In this document: in pieces, positions 37,458 to 46,885 of the stretch
Layout: each line of letters opens with the position of its first letter
Position numbering within the stretch: the first letter of the stretch is position 1
Assembly (NCBI GenBank): GCA_026016225.1
Contig: CP061210.1
Location: forward strand, 386,000-449,999
Origin: Candidatus Nealsonbacteria bacterium
GTDB taxonomy: Bacteria > Patescibacteriota > Minisyncoccia > Minisyncoccales > JANBVM01
Length of the DNA stretch: 64,000 nt
Direction: 5' to 3'
The notes under the pieces: generated by a model
Database searches by the model: none
What the model saw: the letters and a program-made list of their open reading frames with translations, nothing else
Told to the model about the DNA's origin: nothing
Program-made: the position numbers and the translations under genes

Positions 37458-39071
37458 TTATCTTACCCTGTAGAAATAAATAATTTCGAATTTTTCTTCT
37501 CCAAGAGTTTCAATTTTAATACGATCATAGGGACGGAAATACATTGCTTTTTGTAAATTCTTTATATAATTCACAAAAGACTTTGGCCATATCCTTTTTC
37601 GAACACTTCTATAAAAATCATTTCTTGATGCTAAGCCTAATTCTTGAACCGCCAAAGCGATACTCTTTCTAATTTCATTTTTTTCAGCTGAATTAAATTC
37701 ATCTATTAAGAGTTCTCTATCCGTATTTCTACCATATTGCCCTACTAATAAACAATATAATGATCTAACGGCCCAATTCCGATTTTTATCTAAAAATCTT
37801 CTGGATAGCTTTTTTAACAAATTTCTATTAACAGTTATCTTCATTTTTAGTAAAGCTCTCAAAACATGAAGCTCTTGCCACTCATAAATATTGTCTTTAG
37901 AGAATAAAAACTTTATCAGAAACTCTTTTATTCTTTGACTTCGTGGAAACAAAGTAAGAAAGCTACAAAAATCTTTGGAGTGATGCGGCTTTTTGGTAAA
38001 ATTATCAAGTATCAAATCAATAGCAATTTTTTCATTAAAATCAATCCCGCTAGATTTTAATATTGATAAACGAAAAATACCAAAATTTAAATGACGTCTT
38101 TGAAAAGGATTTTTATCAGAAAATCCTCCTTTAAAAATATCCTTTAGGAGAATTGATTTAATTGCCTGAATCTTAGAAAACTCCTGAGACTCGAGAGCTT
38201 CTTGAATTGAATCTAAAATCGCCTTCTTGGGATCGAATAACTCTTTCTCAATCTCAAGGTTTCGAAGTATCCTTGTTTTTTTAGCATTTATATTGAGTTT
38301 ATATTTTCTTAGCGATTTCACTATTTTAATTAATGCTTTTTTAGCTTTAATTTCTGATTTACAAAAAACTCTAATATCATCCATGTAACGGAAATAACTA
38401 GGCTCTGATTCCATTTCTCTATCAAAATTATCTAAATATATATCGCCTAAAAACGAAGAGGCTGTAGGTCCCTGCGGCAATCCAAAATTTTCTACTCGTC
38501 TAGAGCTCCAAGGTAATAAAATTTTATTATGGAGAAAATCTATTACTTCTGTAGTATTTTTATCTCTTTTGTCTATATAGTTTATCAGTTTTTTTCGTAG
38601 CTCGCGAAGGTCTATATTTTCGAAATAGCCTGAGATATCTGTTATTACTACATATAAATTACCAGATTTATACAAATCACGACTTTTATCATCAAATTTC
38701 TTCCAAGCATTAACTCGTCTTCTCCTTGGATCTCTAAAATTTAACATACTATAGCTTCGTCTGCTTGTTTTCCTAATAATTTTGGGGACTAAATAATTGA
38801 TAACGGCTTGATAGGCAATCCAGTCAGTAATTTCCGGCCTTGCCATAGGTCTTATCGTAAAATTGCTTTTGGGCACATCTATCATTAATAAAGGTTCAAC
38901 TGAATATTTCCCATTTTTTATTTTTTCTTTAATTTCTTTAAAGATTAACTTTTTATCTAAAGTAACATATGAAAATCTTAAAGGATCAGGAGTAGGGTTA
39001 TTACCCCTTCTATCGTCTCTTAATATAGATTTGAAAGCATTTTCTAAATCTAATTTCATAATTTGACACAC
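37458..39071 (-). CDS. reverse transcriptase, UG/Abi-like, with helical-repeat C-terminal domain
   Basis: RT motifs in order: TIRPMARP, VVITDISGYFENID, GLPQGPTASSFLGDIYL, FRYMDDIRVF, LNINAKKT. About 250 aa of helical tail. GTG at 39071 or ATG at 39059. Confidence 0.85.
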   Translation of the reverse strand: MCQIMKLDLENAFKSILRDDRRGNNPTPDPLRFSYVTLDKKLIFKEIKEKIKNGKYSVEPLLMIDVPKSNFTIRPMARPEITDWIAYQAVINYLVPKIIRKTSRRSYSMLNFRDPRRRRVNAWKKFDDKSRDLYKSGNLYVVITDISGYFENIDLRELRKKLINYIDKRDKNTTEVIDFLHNKILLPWSSRRVENFGLPQGPTASSFLGDIYLDNFDREMESEPSYFRYMDDIRVFCKSEIKAKKALIKIVKSLRKYKLNINAKKTRILRNLEIEKELFDPKKAILDSIQEALESQEFSKIQAIKSILLKDIFKGGFSDKNPFQRRHLNFGIFRLSILKSSGIDFNEKIAIDLILDNFTKKPHHSKDFCSFLTLFPRSQRIKEFLIKFLFSKDNIYEWQELHVLRALLKMKITVNRNLLKKLSRRFLDKNRNWAVRSLYCLLVGQYGRNTDRELLIDEFNSAEKNEIRKSIALAVQELGLASRNDFYRSVRKRIWPKSFVNYIKNLQKAMYFRPYDRIKIETLGEEKFEIIYFYRVR

Positions 39072-39087
39072 AAGATACCTTGTTTGG
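39066..39087. repeat. weak island site ACACACAA-GATACC-TTGTTTGG overlapping the RT start
   Basis: ACAAGATACCTTGTT is shared with the reverse complement of the 31868 site, and the 6-bp centre is identical. Confidence 0.5.
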
Positions 39088-39153
39088 CATTATTCCTATT
39101 TAACCTTACCTCGCTTTTTTCATTTTTTCAATATAGATTATACGGCAGTAACC

Positions 39154-39180
39154 AAAAAATCGCCCCTTCGACGATTTTTT
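39154..39180. terminator. A/T-flanked hairpin terminator at the right island border
   Basis: AAAAAATCG-ccccttcga-CGATTTTTT, downstream of the minus-strand gene 39202..39615. Confidence 0.5.
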
Positions 39181-39201
39181 AATTATTTTTTTAATATTTT
39201 A

Positions 39202-39615
39202 TTACTCCCACAAGTCTTTGAGTCTTTCCCAGAGAGATTTGGTAACCTCTGGTAATTCTTCTTTCATTTCTTGTTTTTCTTTTTCAAATTCTTGTTCAAT
39301 TATTGGTTTTCTTTTTTCATATTCTCCTTTAAATCGTGGTATTACTTCATTCTGGAAAAAATCTTTAATCTTTGACCAAATATTAACTTCAAACCAATCA
39401 TACATTTTCTGCCAGACAGGCAAAATATCCTCTTTCCAAATTCTTTCCAAGATGTCTGGTAAATTTCTTTTACCGGTTTCAAGTGCTTTTTCCCCCATTT
39501 CTTTTGCTTCTTCCAGATTTTCTGGAACTTGAATGGTTTGTTGAGCAAAAGATAGATTTGCTAAAGCAAAAGCAAAAATTATAAGGATTATTAAAATTTT
39601 TGTTGTTTTTATCAT
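39202..39615 (-). CDS. small secreted protein, unknown function
   Basis: Signal peptide ILIILIIFAFALANLSFAQQ. 4-nt overlap with the gltX stop. Confidence 0.5.
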   Translation of the reverse strand: MIKTTKILIILIIFAFALANLSFAQQTIQVPENLEEAKEMGEKALETGKRNLPDILERIWKEDILPVWQKMYDWFEVNIWSKIKDFFQNEVIPRFKGEYEKRKPIIEQEFEKEKQEMKEELPEVTKSLWERLKDLWE

Positions 39616-41228
39616 AGTAATCTTCTAGCCTCCTTAACTCTTTTTAATGTTTTTTCTTTTCCTAAGATTTCAGCTATTTCAAAAGGACCTGCTGAATCTT
39701 TTTTACCTGTTAAAGCTACTCTGAGGGGCCATAAAAGATATCCCCTATCCCCTGCCTTCGCTAAAGCTTCGGCGGGCGGGCCTACCTTTTTTATCTTTTT
39801 TCCAAATTTTTCTGCTTCTTGTAATAGAGTCTCTGACAGATTATTTTTAGTGAAATTCTCCTCTTTTATTTTATACAATAATTTATTTAATATGTCAAGA
39901 GAGGTTTTCACTTCTCTATTTGACATTTCTTTCCACCTTAACAAATCTTTGTTATATTCGATTTTACTCTTAAAGAAAAAATCAGTTAAGATAGAGACCT
40001 CCGAGAGTTTCTTTAATCTTTCTTGATAAATTGAAACAATTTGTTGAATTTTAGCCAAACTTATTTCTTCTCCGGTTTCAGCTACTTTATATTTTTGAAG
40101 AATTTCTTTTCCGCCGTAAGCTGGCGGATATTGTTTCTCTGCAAAAAAAGGTCTGATTAGTCCTTCTTTGATAAAATATGGAAGGCAGAGCTCTGTTAAT
40201 TTTTCAATTGATTTTTGTCGGATATAAAATCCGTTTAAAAAATTCAATCTTTTAGTATTAAAAACAGCTCCTGATTTCTGAACTTTTTCCAGCGAGAATT
40301 CTTTAATTAAAGAGTTTATTGAATAGATTTCCCTTTCAGTTCCAGGGTTCCATCCCAAAAGAGCCATAAAATTAACAACGGCTTCAGGTAAATAGCCCTG
40401 TTCTTTGTAATCTGAAACAGAAACTGCCCCGTGTCTCTTTGAGAGTTTGCTGCGGTCAGGTCCTAAAATTAAGGGCAAGTGAGCATATTTTGGATGAGGA
40501 AAATTCAGTGCTTCTTGTATTAAAATTTGTTTTGGAGTATTAGGAATATGGTCTTCTCCCCTGATTACATGGGAAATTTGCATTTCATAATCGTCAACAA
40601 CACAAGCAAAATTATACAAAGGAGTAGAAAAGTCTTTTGCAATAATGATATCCCCTATTAAAAAAGCATCAAATTCTATTTTGCCTCTGATTAAATCTTC
40701 AAACTCAACTTTTTTTGGTGGGACTCTAAACCTTATAACAAAAGGTTTTTTTTCTGCCAAATATTTTTCAATTAATTCTTTTGGCAAATGGGCGCATTTT
40801 CCCGGATAGCGTGATGGCTCCCCTATTGATAATTGATATTCTCTATGGTTCTTTAGTTCTTCTTCAGGACAGAAACAGTAGTAAGCTTTATCTTCCTTTA
40901 ATAATTTTTTTAAATATTTTGCATAAATTTTCTTTCTTTCAGATTGGCGGTAAGGTCCATAATTTCCACCGACATCAGGTCCTTCATCAGGTTGGATCCA
41001 TAACCAGTTTAAGCTTTCAATCATATTTTTTTCATATTCAGGTTTTGAACGTTCTTTGTCTGTGTCTTCAATCCTTATAATGAAAACACCTTGATATTTT
41101 TTAGCAAAAAGATAGTTAAAGAGAGCGACTCTTGCTACACCAATATGCAAAAGGCCGGTAGGAGAAGGAGCTATTCTTACTCTTACTTCACCTGCTTTTA
41201 TAAATTTGAATTCTTCAGGGTTCATCAA
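39612..41228 (-). CDS. gltX: glutamyl-tRNA synthetase
   Basis: HIGH-type motif LHIGVARVAL and KMSKS-type KLSKRHG. Confidence 0.95.
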   Translation of the reverse strand: MMNPEEFKFIKAGEVRVRIAPSPTGLLHIGVARVALFNYLFAKKYQGVFIIRIEDTDKERSKPEYEKNMIESLNWLWIQPDEGPDVGGNYGPYRQSERKKIYAKYLKKLLKEDKAYYCFCPEEELKNHREYQLSIGEPSRYPGKCAHLPKELIEKYLAEKKPFVIRFRVPPKKVEFEDLIRGKIEFDAFLIGDIIIAKDFSTPLYNFACVVDDYEMQISHVIRGEDHIPNTPKQILIQEALNFPHPKYAHLPLILGPDRSKLSKRHGAVSVSDYKEQGYLPEAVVNFMALLGWNPGTEREIYSINSLIKEFSLEKVQKSGAVFNTKRLNFLNGFYIRQKSIEKLTELCLPYFIKEGLIRPFFAEKQYPPAYGGKEILQKYKVAETGEEISLAKIQQIVSIYQERLKKLSEVSILTDFFFKSKIEYNKDLLRWKEMSNREVKTSLDILNKLLYKIKEENFTKNNLSETLLQEAEKFGKKIKKVGPPAEALAKAGDRGYLLWPLRVALTGKKDSAGPFEIAEILGKEKTLKRVKEARRLL

Positions 41229-41252
41229 TTTTATTTTTAAATAATGAGAAAA

Positions 41253-42380
41253 TTAATACAAGTTTAAATAACTTAGTAAATAGCCTGCTATAGTTTTTGC
41301 TGCTAAAGGTTTTGAAAATTCTTTAGCAGCTTTTTTCATCTTTTTTAATTCCTCAGGTTGAGAAAAGAGATGTTTTAATTTTTCTAAGAAAAAACGAGGA
41401 GTAAAGTTTTCTTCTTCTAATACCATAGCTGCCCCATTTGCGGCATAGGTATAGGCATTTTTTAACTGATGGCCCTGGGCAGATTCGGGCAAAGGAACTA
41501 AAATAGATGGCTTTCCAAGAGCCGCTATTTCAAAAATGCTTCCTGAACCTGCTCTGGAAACTACCAAATCACAAACGGCATAAGCTTTTTTTAACTCTTC
41601 TTCTTTTAGAAAGGGAAAAAGATGGTAATACTTTTCTAAGTCTTTATTCATCATTACTTTTGCTTCAGCTTTTACTTGTTTAAAATTTTTTTCTCCACAC
41701 TGGTGAATTAGCTCAAACTCTTTTAAAAAAACAGGTAGAATTTCTAAGATTTTATCGTTTATTCTTTGAGCCCCTTGAGAACCGCCCAAAACTAAAATGA
41801 GAGGTTTTTCCCCGCTTAATTTAAAGAATTCCTTTCCTTCTTTTTTTGAACCCTCCAAAAGCTCTCTCCTTATGGGATTTCCCACTAAAAGCATTCTTCT
41901 TTCGGAAAAATAAGGGGTTTTAGGGAAGGAAATAAAGAGCTCTACGGAGAGTCCAGCTAAAAATCTATTTGCAAGACCCGGTATTGCGTCAGCTTCATGT
42001 AAAAATATTGGTACTCTAAGAATCCACCCGGCGATAATGCTTGGAATTGAACCGAAACCTCCTTTTGAGAATATTAAGTCAGGAGCCAAAAAGAAAATAT
42101 AGAAAAAAGATTGTAGAATTCCAACAGGGATTTTAAAGAAAATGTCAATGAGGTTCTGGAAAAAAGCTTTAAAATCAAAATACCTTCTCATTTTTCCAGC
42201 CAATACCTGTTTTACCTTTATGTCTTCTTGAGAAAGTAAAAGCTTGCTAAACTCATCTTTTGGCCCGATATAATGAAAATCTAATTTCTTTTTTGGAGAG
42301 AATTTTCTAATTTCTCTAACAACAGCAATTATTGGGAAAACATGGCCTCCGGTGCCACCGCCGGTAAAAAGTATTTTCAT
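41253..42380 (-). CDS. murG: MurG, UDP-GlcNAc:lipid I GlcNAc transferase
   Basis: MKILFTGGGTGGHVFP start and GT28 C-terminal region. ATG at 42380 preferred over the upstream start at 42428. Confidence 0.9.
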   Translation of the reverse strand: MKILFTGGGTGGHVFPIIAVVREIRKFSPKKKLDFHYIGPKDEFSKLLLSQEDIKVKQVLAGKMRRYFDFKAFFQNLIDIFFKIPVGILQSFFYIFFLAPDLIFSKGGFGSIPSIIAGWILRVPIFLHEADAIPGLANRFLAGLSVELFISFPKTPYFSERRMLLVGNPIRRELLEGSKKEGKEFFKLSGEKPLILVLGGSQGAQRINDKILEILPVFLKEFELIHQCGEKNFKQVKAEAKVMMNKDLEKYYHLFPFLKEEELKKAYAVCDLVVSRAGSGSIFEIAALGKPSILVPLPESAQGHQLKNAYTYAANGAAMVLEEENFTPRFFLEKLKHLFSQPEELKKMKKAAKEFSKPLAAKTIAGYLLSYLNLY

Positions 42381-42381
42381 A

Positions 42382-43518
42382 TTAATTCGTTTGTTTTGAT
42401 ATATTAAGTAGAATTCCCACTCCGGCAAGTTCTACAATTAATGCTGAGCCGCCGTAACTAATAAATGGTAAAGGGATGCCGATTAAAGGTAGAATTCCGA
42501 GCATAGAACCAATGTTAACGAATGTCTGAATTAAAATCCATGATGTTATGCCTAAGGCCATTAGCTTGGAAAACATATTTTTGCTTTCTTTTCCAATTTT
42601 ATAACCTCTCCACAAAAACAGCAAAAAAAGAAAAATTAAAATTGACGACCCAACAAATCCTGTTTCTTCAGCTAAGATGGCAAAAATTGAATCTGATATT
42701 GGGTGTGGCAGTAATCCGAACTTTTGCTGAGACATTCCGAGGGCTAAACCAAAGATTTTACCTGAGCCCACAGCAATCAAAGATTGCTCTATTTGATAAC
42801 CAATTCCCATTGGGTCTGTTTCAGGGTTTAAAAAAACTAAGATTCGATCTAAACGGTAAGGAGTAAGTTTAATAAAGATAAAAAAACCAAATATTCCAAT
42901 TATGCCTATTAAAACAATGTGCCAGATAGGTGTTTCTGCAAAAAAATACATCAAGCCGGCGGTAGCTAAAATTACTCCTAAAGTACCAATATCTGATTGT
43001 AAATACAAGAGTAAGGTTATTACACCAAGAATTAATAAAAAAGTAATTAAGTTTTCTTTAAAATGAGATGAAGAAGCTTTTTTATTTCTGTTCTCTAACC
43101 AGCTGGCGAGATAAAGGATGAAGCTAAGCTTTAAAATCTCAGAGGGCTGGAAGGAAATATATTTTAGCGAAATCCATCTTGATGCTGTTCCTGATTTTTT
43201 TCCTATCCCGGGCAAGAAAACCATTACCATTAATACTAAGCTTATTAAAAGAAAAAGAGGAGCTTTCTTTTTTAAAAAACGAAGACTAATTTTTGTTGAA
43301 AGTAAAAAAGCTAATAAAACTCCAGGAATTAAACCAACTAATATTTGATGATTTAATAGATAGTAGATAGTATCTTTTTGTTGAGGAACAGAAGTCGAAG
43401 CACTGGCTAAAACAGCAATTCCAAAGATTATTAAAAGGCCTGTAACAAAGATTAAAATATGGTCTAAATCTTTAATTGCTTTTACCGTACTTTTTAACAT
43501 ATTTCTTAAAAAGATCAC
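42382..43518 (-). CDS. ftsW: SEDS-family peptidoglycan polymerase FtsW/RodA
   Basis: Ten TM helices, PISDSIFA and LPFISYGGS motifs. The 5' end overlaps the murD stop, so the start is uncertain. Confidence 0.85.
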   Translation of the reverse strand: MIFLRNMLKSTVKAIKDLDHILIFVTGLLIIFGIAVLASASTSVPQQKDTIYYLLNHQILVGLIPGVLLAFLLSTKISLRFLKKKAPLFLLISLVLMVMVFLPGIGKKSGTASRWISLKYISFQPSEILKLSFILYLASWLENRNKKASSSHFKENLITFLLILGVITLLLYLQSDIGTLGVILATAGLMYFFAETPIWHIVLIGIIGIFGFFIFIKLTPYRLDRILVFLNPETDPMGIGYQIEQSLIAVGSGKIFGLALGMSQQKFGLLPHPISDSIFAILAEETGFVGSSILIFLFLLFLWRGYKIGKESKNMFSKLMALGITSWILIQTFVNIGSMLGILPLIGIPLPFISYGGSALIVELAGVGILLNISKQTN

Positions 43519-44824
43519 CTTTTTCTTTATAGTTTTTAAAAAGACTAAAACTGGAAGAAGCGGTTGAAAGCAGGCAGATTTTAGTTTTTTTAGTATGCTT
43601 GAAAGCTAATTTTACAGCATCTTTCATATTGTTTACCATAAATGCTTTATATTTTTTCTTTTTAGATTTTCGAGAGGATTTATCCTGAGCGAGCGGAGCG
43701 AGTTGAAGGATTTCTTTCCAGATTTTATCTCCCGTAGTTGGAAATAAAATTACATTTTTTATTTTACTTTTTATAATTCTTTCAGCTAAATTTTTAAAAC
43801 TTATTCCCCTATCAAATCCACCTAAAAATATAGTTTCAACATCATTTCCTAAAGCATCTAAAGCAGCAATTGTTGCTTCGGGGATAGTAGATAAAGCATC
43901 ATTGTAAAACTTAATACTATTATAAGTCCCAATATATTCTAATCTGTGAGCTAAAGGTTTAAATTTTTCAATAGCTTTTATAATCTTTTTATCTGATAAT
44001 TCAAAGATTTTTCCCACGGCAATTGCAGCTCTAACATTTTGTAGATTGTATTCTCCCCTAAGGGGCATTTTTATTTTCTTAATCTTAACTGAGCTTATTG
44101 GAATTTTTTTAGCTTTTGATTTTTTAGCGATTTCTTTAACAATATTGTTTTCTGAATTAAAGATTAAGAAATCTTTTTTAGTTTGATATCTGGTAATATT
44201 TGCTTTTGCTTTTACGTATTCTTTAAAATTTCGGTAATAATCTAAATGCTCAGGATAAATATTTAACAAAACAGCAATTTGAGGGCTTTTTTTGAGATTA
44301 AAAAGTTGATGCGAAGAGAGTTCATAAACGTATATATCTTTTGGTTTAGCAGATTGTAACGGTGATAATGCGGGTTTTCCTATATTTCCGACCAGATGTG
44401 TTTTAAACTTATTTTCTTTTAAAATTTTATAGATTAAAACAGCTGTAGTGCTTTTTCCTTTTGTTCCCGTAACACCTATAATTGTTCCCGGGCAGTTTTT
44501 AAAGAAAATCTCGGTTTGTGAAATTACTCTTTGTTTTTTTGTTAAAAAAGGTTTTATTGTTTTTGGCGGAATTCCGGGTGACTTTACCACCACATCATAA
44601 TTTTTAAGAGCTTTTAGATAATTTTTTCCCAAATGAAGTCTAACCCTTTTATCTTTTTTAATTAAATTTTTAACTTTTAAATTTAAATTTTTAGCTTCTA
44701 ATCTATCCCCTATTCCTAAGGTTTTTTTTGGAAAAATTTTCCTTAAAAATTTAAAATTATCTATTCCTTCTTTCCCAAAACCTAAAATTAATATTCGTTT
44801 GTTTTCTAAATTTTTTAATTTCAT
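43472..44824 (-). CDS. murD: UDP-MurNAc-L-Ala--D-Glu ligase MurD
   Basis: [12 protein letters not shown]-loop and Mur ligase layout, in a dcw context. Confidence 0.9.
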   Translation of the reverse strand: MKLKNLENKRILILGFGKEGIDNFKFLRKIFPKKTLGIGDRLEAKNLNLKVKNLIKKDKRVRLHLGKNYLKALKNYDVVVKSPGIPPKTIKPFLTKKQRVISQTEIFFKNCPGTIIGVTGTKGKSTTAVLIYKILKENKFKTHLVGNIGKPALSPLQSAKPKDIYVYELSSHQLFNLKKSPQIAVLLNIYPEHLDYYRNFKEYVKAKANITRYQTKKDFLIFNSENNIVKEIAKKSKAKKIPISSVKIKKIKMPLRGEYNLQNVRAAIAVGKIFELSDKKIIKAIEKFKPLAHRLEYIGTYNSIKFYNDALSTIPEATIAALDALGNDVETIFLGGFDRGISFKNLAERIIKSKIKNVILFPTTGDKIWKEILQLAPLAQDKSSRKSKKKKYKAFMVNNMKDAVKLAFKHTKKTKICLLSTASSSFSLFKNYKEKGDLFKKYVKKYGKSN

Positions 44825-44866
44825 TCTATATTAAAAATAACATAAAAATTAACTTTAATAAACAGC

Positions 44867-44890
44867 GAAAAACCGATGTTCTCGGTTTTT
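44867..44890. terminator. A/T-flanked hairpin AACCGA-tgttc-TCGGTT
   Basis: Lies between the 44983 gene and the murD start. A-run upstream, T-run downstream. Confidence 0.5.
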
Positions 44891-44982
44891 AACAAAATAA
44901 AAAAAAGAGCAGTTAATTGCTTTATTTAAAGAACTAATAACTGCTATAAAAAGAACTTAGAGAATTCTTACTTAATTTTTCT

Positions 44983-45294
44983 TTACAAATAATAATCATC
45001 AAATAGCTGAACAAAAGCGTCAATAGCATTTTGAACATTATCAGTCTCTCCAATCTCTACTAATACTTCTACTATATTAGGATGCTTAATAGATATACTT
45101 TTTACTCCCGGAAGACTTCTTAAAGTTTTAATTGTGGAAATAGATATGTTCGCTTTCCCTATTCCAAGTTTTAAAAAATCTGCTTCATCATCTCCGATAT
45201 AATAGTTTGGTCTGAAAGTAACCGAGGACCCCTCTGTTAATTTGAAGGGTAATAACCTTACAATCTTTTTTACTTTTTCAATCTTCTTTGTCAA
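44983..45294 (-). CDS. hypothetical protein
   Basis: TTG start preceded by a strong SD AAAGGAGGT. Upstream TTGACA-16 nt-TATAAT. Confidence 0.5.
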   Translation of the reverse strand: MTKKIEKVKKIVRLLPFKLTEGSSVTFRPNYYIGDDEADFLKLGIGKANISISTIKTLRSLPGVKSISIKHPNIVEVLVEIGETDNVQNAIDAFVQLFDDYYL

Positions 45295-45413
45295 AATAAC
45301 TTACCTCCTTTTTGTTATATTATAATAAGATTATGATATTTGTCAATTATTACACGCTAATAGATTGGCTTTTTGAGAACTTTAAATTAAAAAAAAGTGA
45401 GCAGTGTTGCTGC

Positions 45414-46847
45414 TCAAGAATCACGGAACTTTTTAAGTATTTTTACAAAATCTTTAGGTAAGTTATGTTTTTTATTCCAAGAAGTCATTATTTCTTTTGA
45501 TTCTTTTTCTAATTTAGGATATCGTGATAATCCTCTTACAAAACCCTTTCTGATTTTGAGGGGTAAGATTTTGTTTTTAAAGTATTTTAAGAGAACAGGT
45601 TCTTCCCCTACTCTATTTGCTTTTTTCCAACTTAAATAAAAAGCTATTAAACTTTCATTTTTTGTCCCCACACATTCGAAGGGTTTGAATTTTTCTATTC
45701 CAATTAACTCTTTCATTAAAGACAACAATCCCTTTTTTTTAAAAAGGTTTTGTCCAAAAATTTTAATTAATTTTTCTTTATTTATAAAGGCATAGAGACA
45801 GGTAAAAATAAAAAGACATTTAGGACATTTACCGCACCATTTCCCAATCGGCTTTTTAGTACCAGATTTAGTTTTATAAGCTTCGTTACAGCTTAAAAAA
45901 GAATTAAAATACTTTGGGTATCGAGAAAATAGTTTTGCAATTTGAATTTCATGCAGAGGTCTTAAAAAACTAAAGTATTCAACATATTTTGCTAAATATT
46001 CCTTTGAATATTTTCTAAACCTTTTTTCAAAGTTAAAACTCTTTGAATACTGATGGTTGATTTGTTTACCAAGATATATTAGATTTCCTTCGTTTGAACT
46101 TCTTTCATTTGAAAAAGCAATATACTTTTGGTCAAAAGTTACAGCGAGCAGCACACTTAAGAAAGCTAAATAAGCTGAAAATGGTGTATGTCCATTTAAA
46201 AATCCCTGCCGATTTAATTCCATCAATTTGGGGTCAATTGTTCTTTTAACAATAATTGCCTTTTTACAACCAGCTACTTTCATTACTTTTTTAGCACTAT
46301 TGGTTGTATTTAAGGAAAAACATCTGATTGGAAATTTTGTCTTTTTTAATATTTCCAATGTCACTATTGAATCCTTTCCTCCCCCTACCGGTGCTAAAAC
46401 TCGATTTTTTAACCTGCCCGGGAAAATTGGCAGAGACCGGGTCTCTGCACTTTTTGAAATGATGTCTATAAAATTTGAACTTTGCCAGTTGATTTTATTT
46501 TCATAGAAAAATTGGCCCATTCCATTGATTATTAAATCTTTCCACCATTTAATCTGTTTTTTATTCAAGCTGTGTTTTCTGATTTCAATTTTCGGTGAGC
46601 AGGTTGCCTTCCAATAGCTTAAAAGCTCAATTAGTCCTAAATGAAAAACTAAATTGTTCAATACTTCTTTTTTTATTTTTTTAATTCTGGATTTATTAAT
46701 GTTTTCTATGACTAATTTGGGTTTGAAAATAAAGTTAGGTTCAATTTTGAAATCAAAAAAAATTTCTAAACTTTTTTTAGAAATTTTATAAGAGTAATCT
46801 TTATAAATGAATTTTGGATATTTCTTCCTTAAAAATTTAGCTTTCAT
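45414..46847 (-). CDS. PP-loop-like ATPase-fold protein embedded in the dcw cluster
   Basis: LAPVGGGKDSIVTLE resembles the SGGxDS PP-loop. A CxxC pair occurs later (CGKCPKC). Located between mraY and murD. Confidence 0.5.
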   Translation of the reverse strand: MKAKFLRKKYPKFIYKDYSYKISKKSLEIFFDFKIEPNFIFKPKLVIENINKSRIKKIKKEVLNNLVFHLGLIELLSYWKATCSPKIEIRKHSLNKKQIKWWKDLIINGMGQFFYENKINWQSSNFIDIISKSAETRSLPIFPGRLKNRVLAPVGGGKDSIVTLEILKKTKFPIRCFSLNTTNSAKKVMKVAGCKKAIIVKRTIDPKLMELNRQGFLNGHTPFSAYLAFLSVLLAVTFDQKYIAFSNERSSNEGNLIYLGKQINHQYSKSFNFEKRFRKYSKEYLAKYVEYFSFLRPLHEIQIAKLFSRYPKYFNSFLSCNEAYKTKSGTKKPIGKWCGKCPKCLFIFTCLYAFINKEKLIKIFGQNLFKKKGLLSLMKELIGIEKFKPFECVGTKNESLIAFYLSWKKANRVGEEPVLLKYFKNKILPLKIRKGFVRGLSRYPKLEKESKEIMTSWNKKHNLPKDFVKILKKFRDS

Positions 46848-46885
46848 ATCATTTTAAAGGGGTTTAAAACCCGACATTGAACATT

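Noticed and set aside
37458-39200. Retron, group II intron or DGR identity for the RT
   Set aside because: There is no msr/msd-type long inverted repeat upstream, and 537 aa is far larger than retron RTs. There is no maturase/En domain or intron-boundary structure. There is no template/variable repeat pair or accessory Avd-like gene.
24903-39201. Prophage interpretation of the island
   Set aside because: No capsid, portal, terminase, tail or lysis genes are present. The content is defence and TA genes plus a recombinase.
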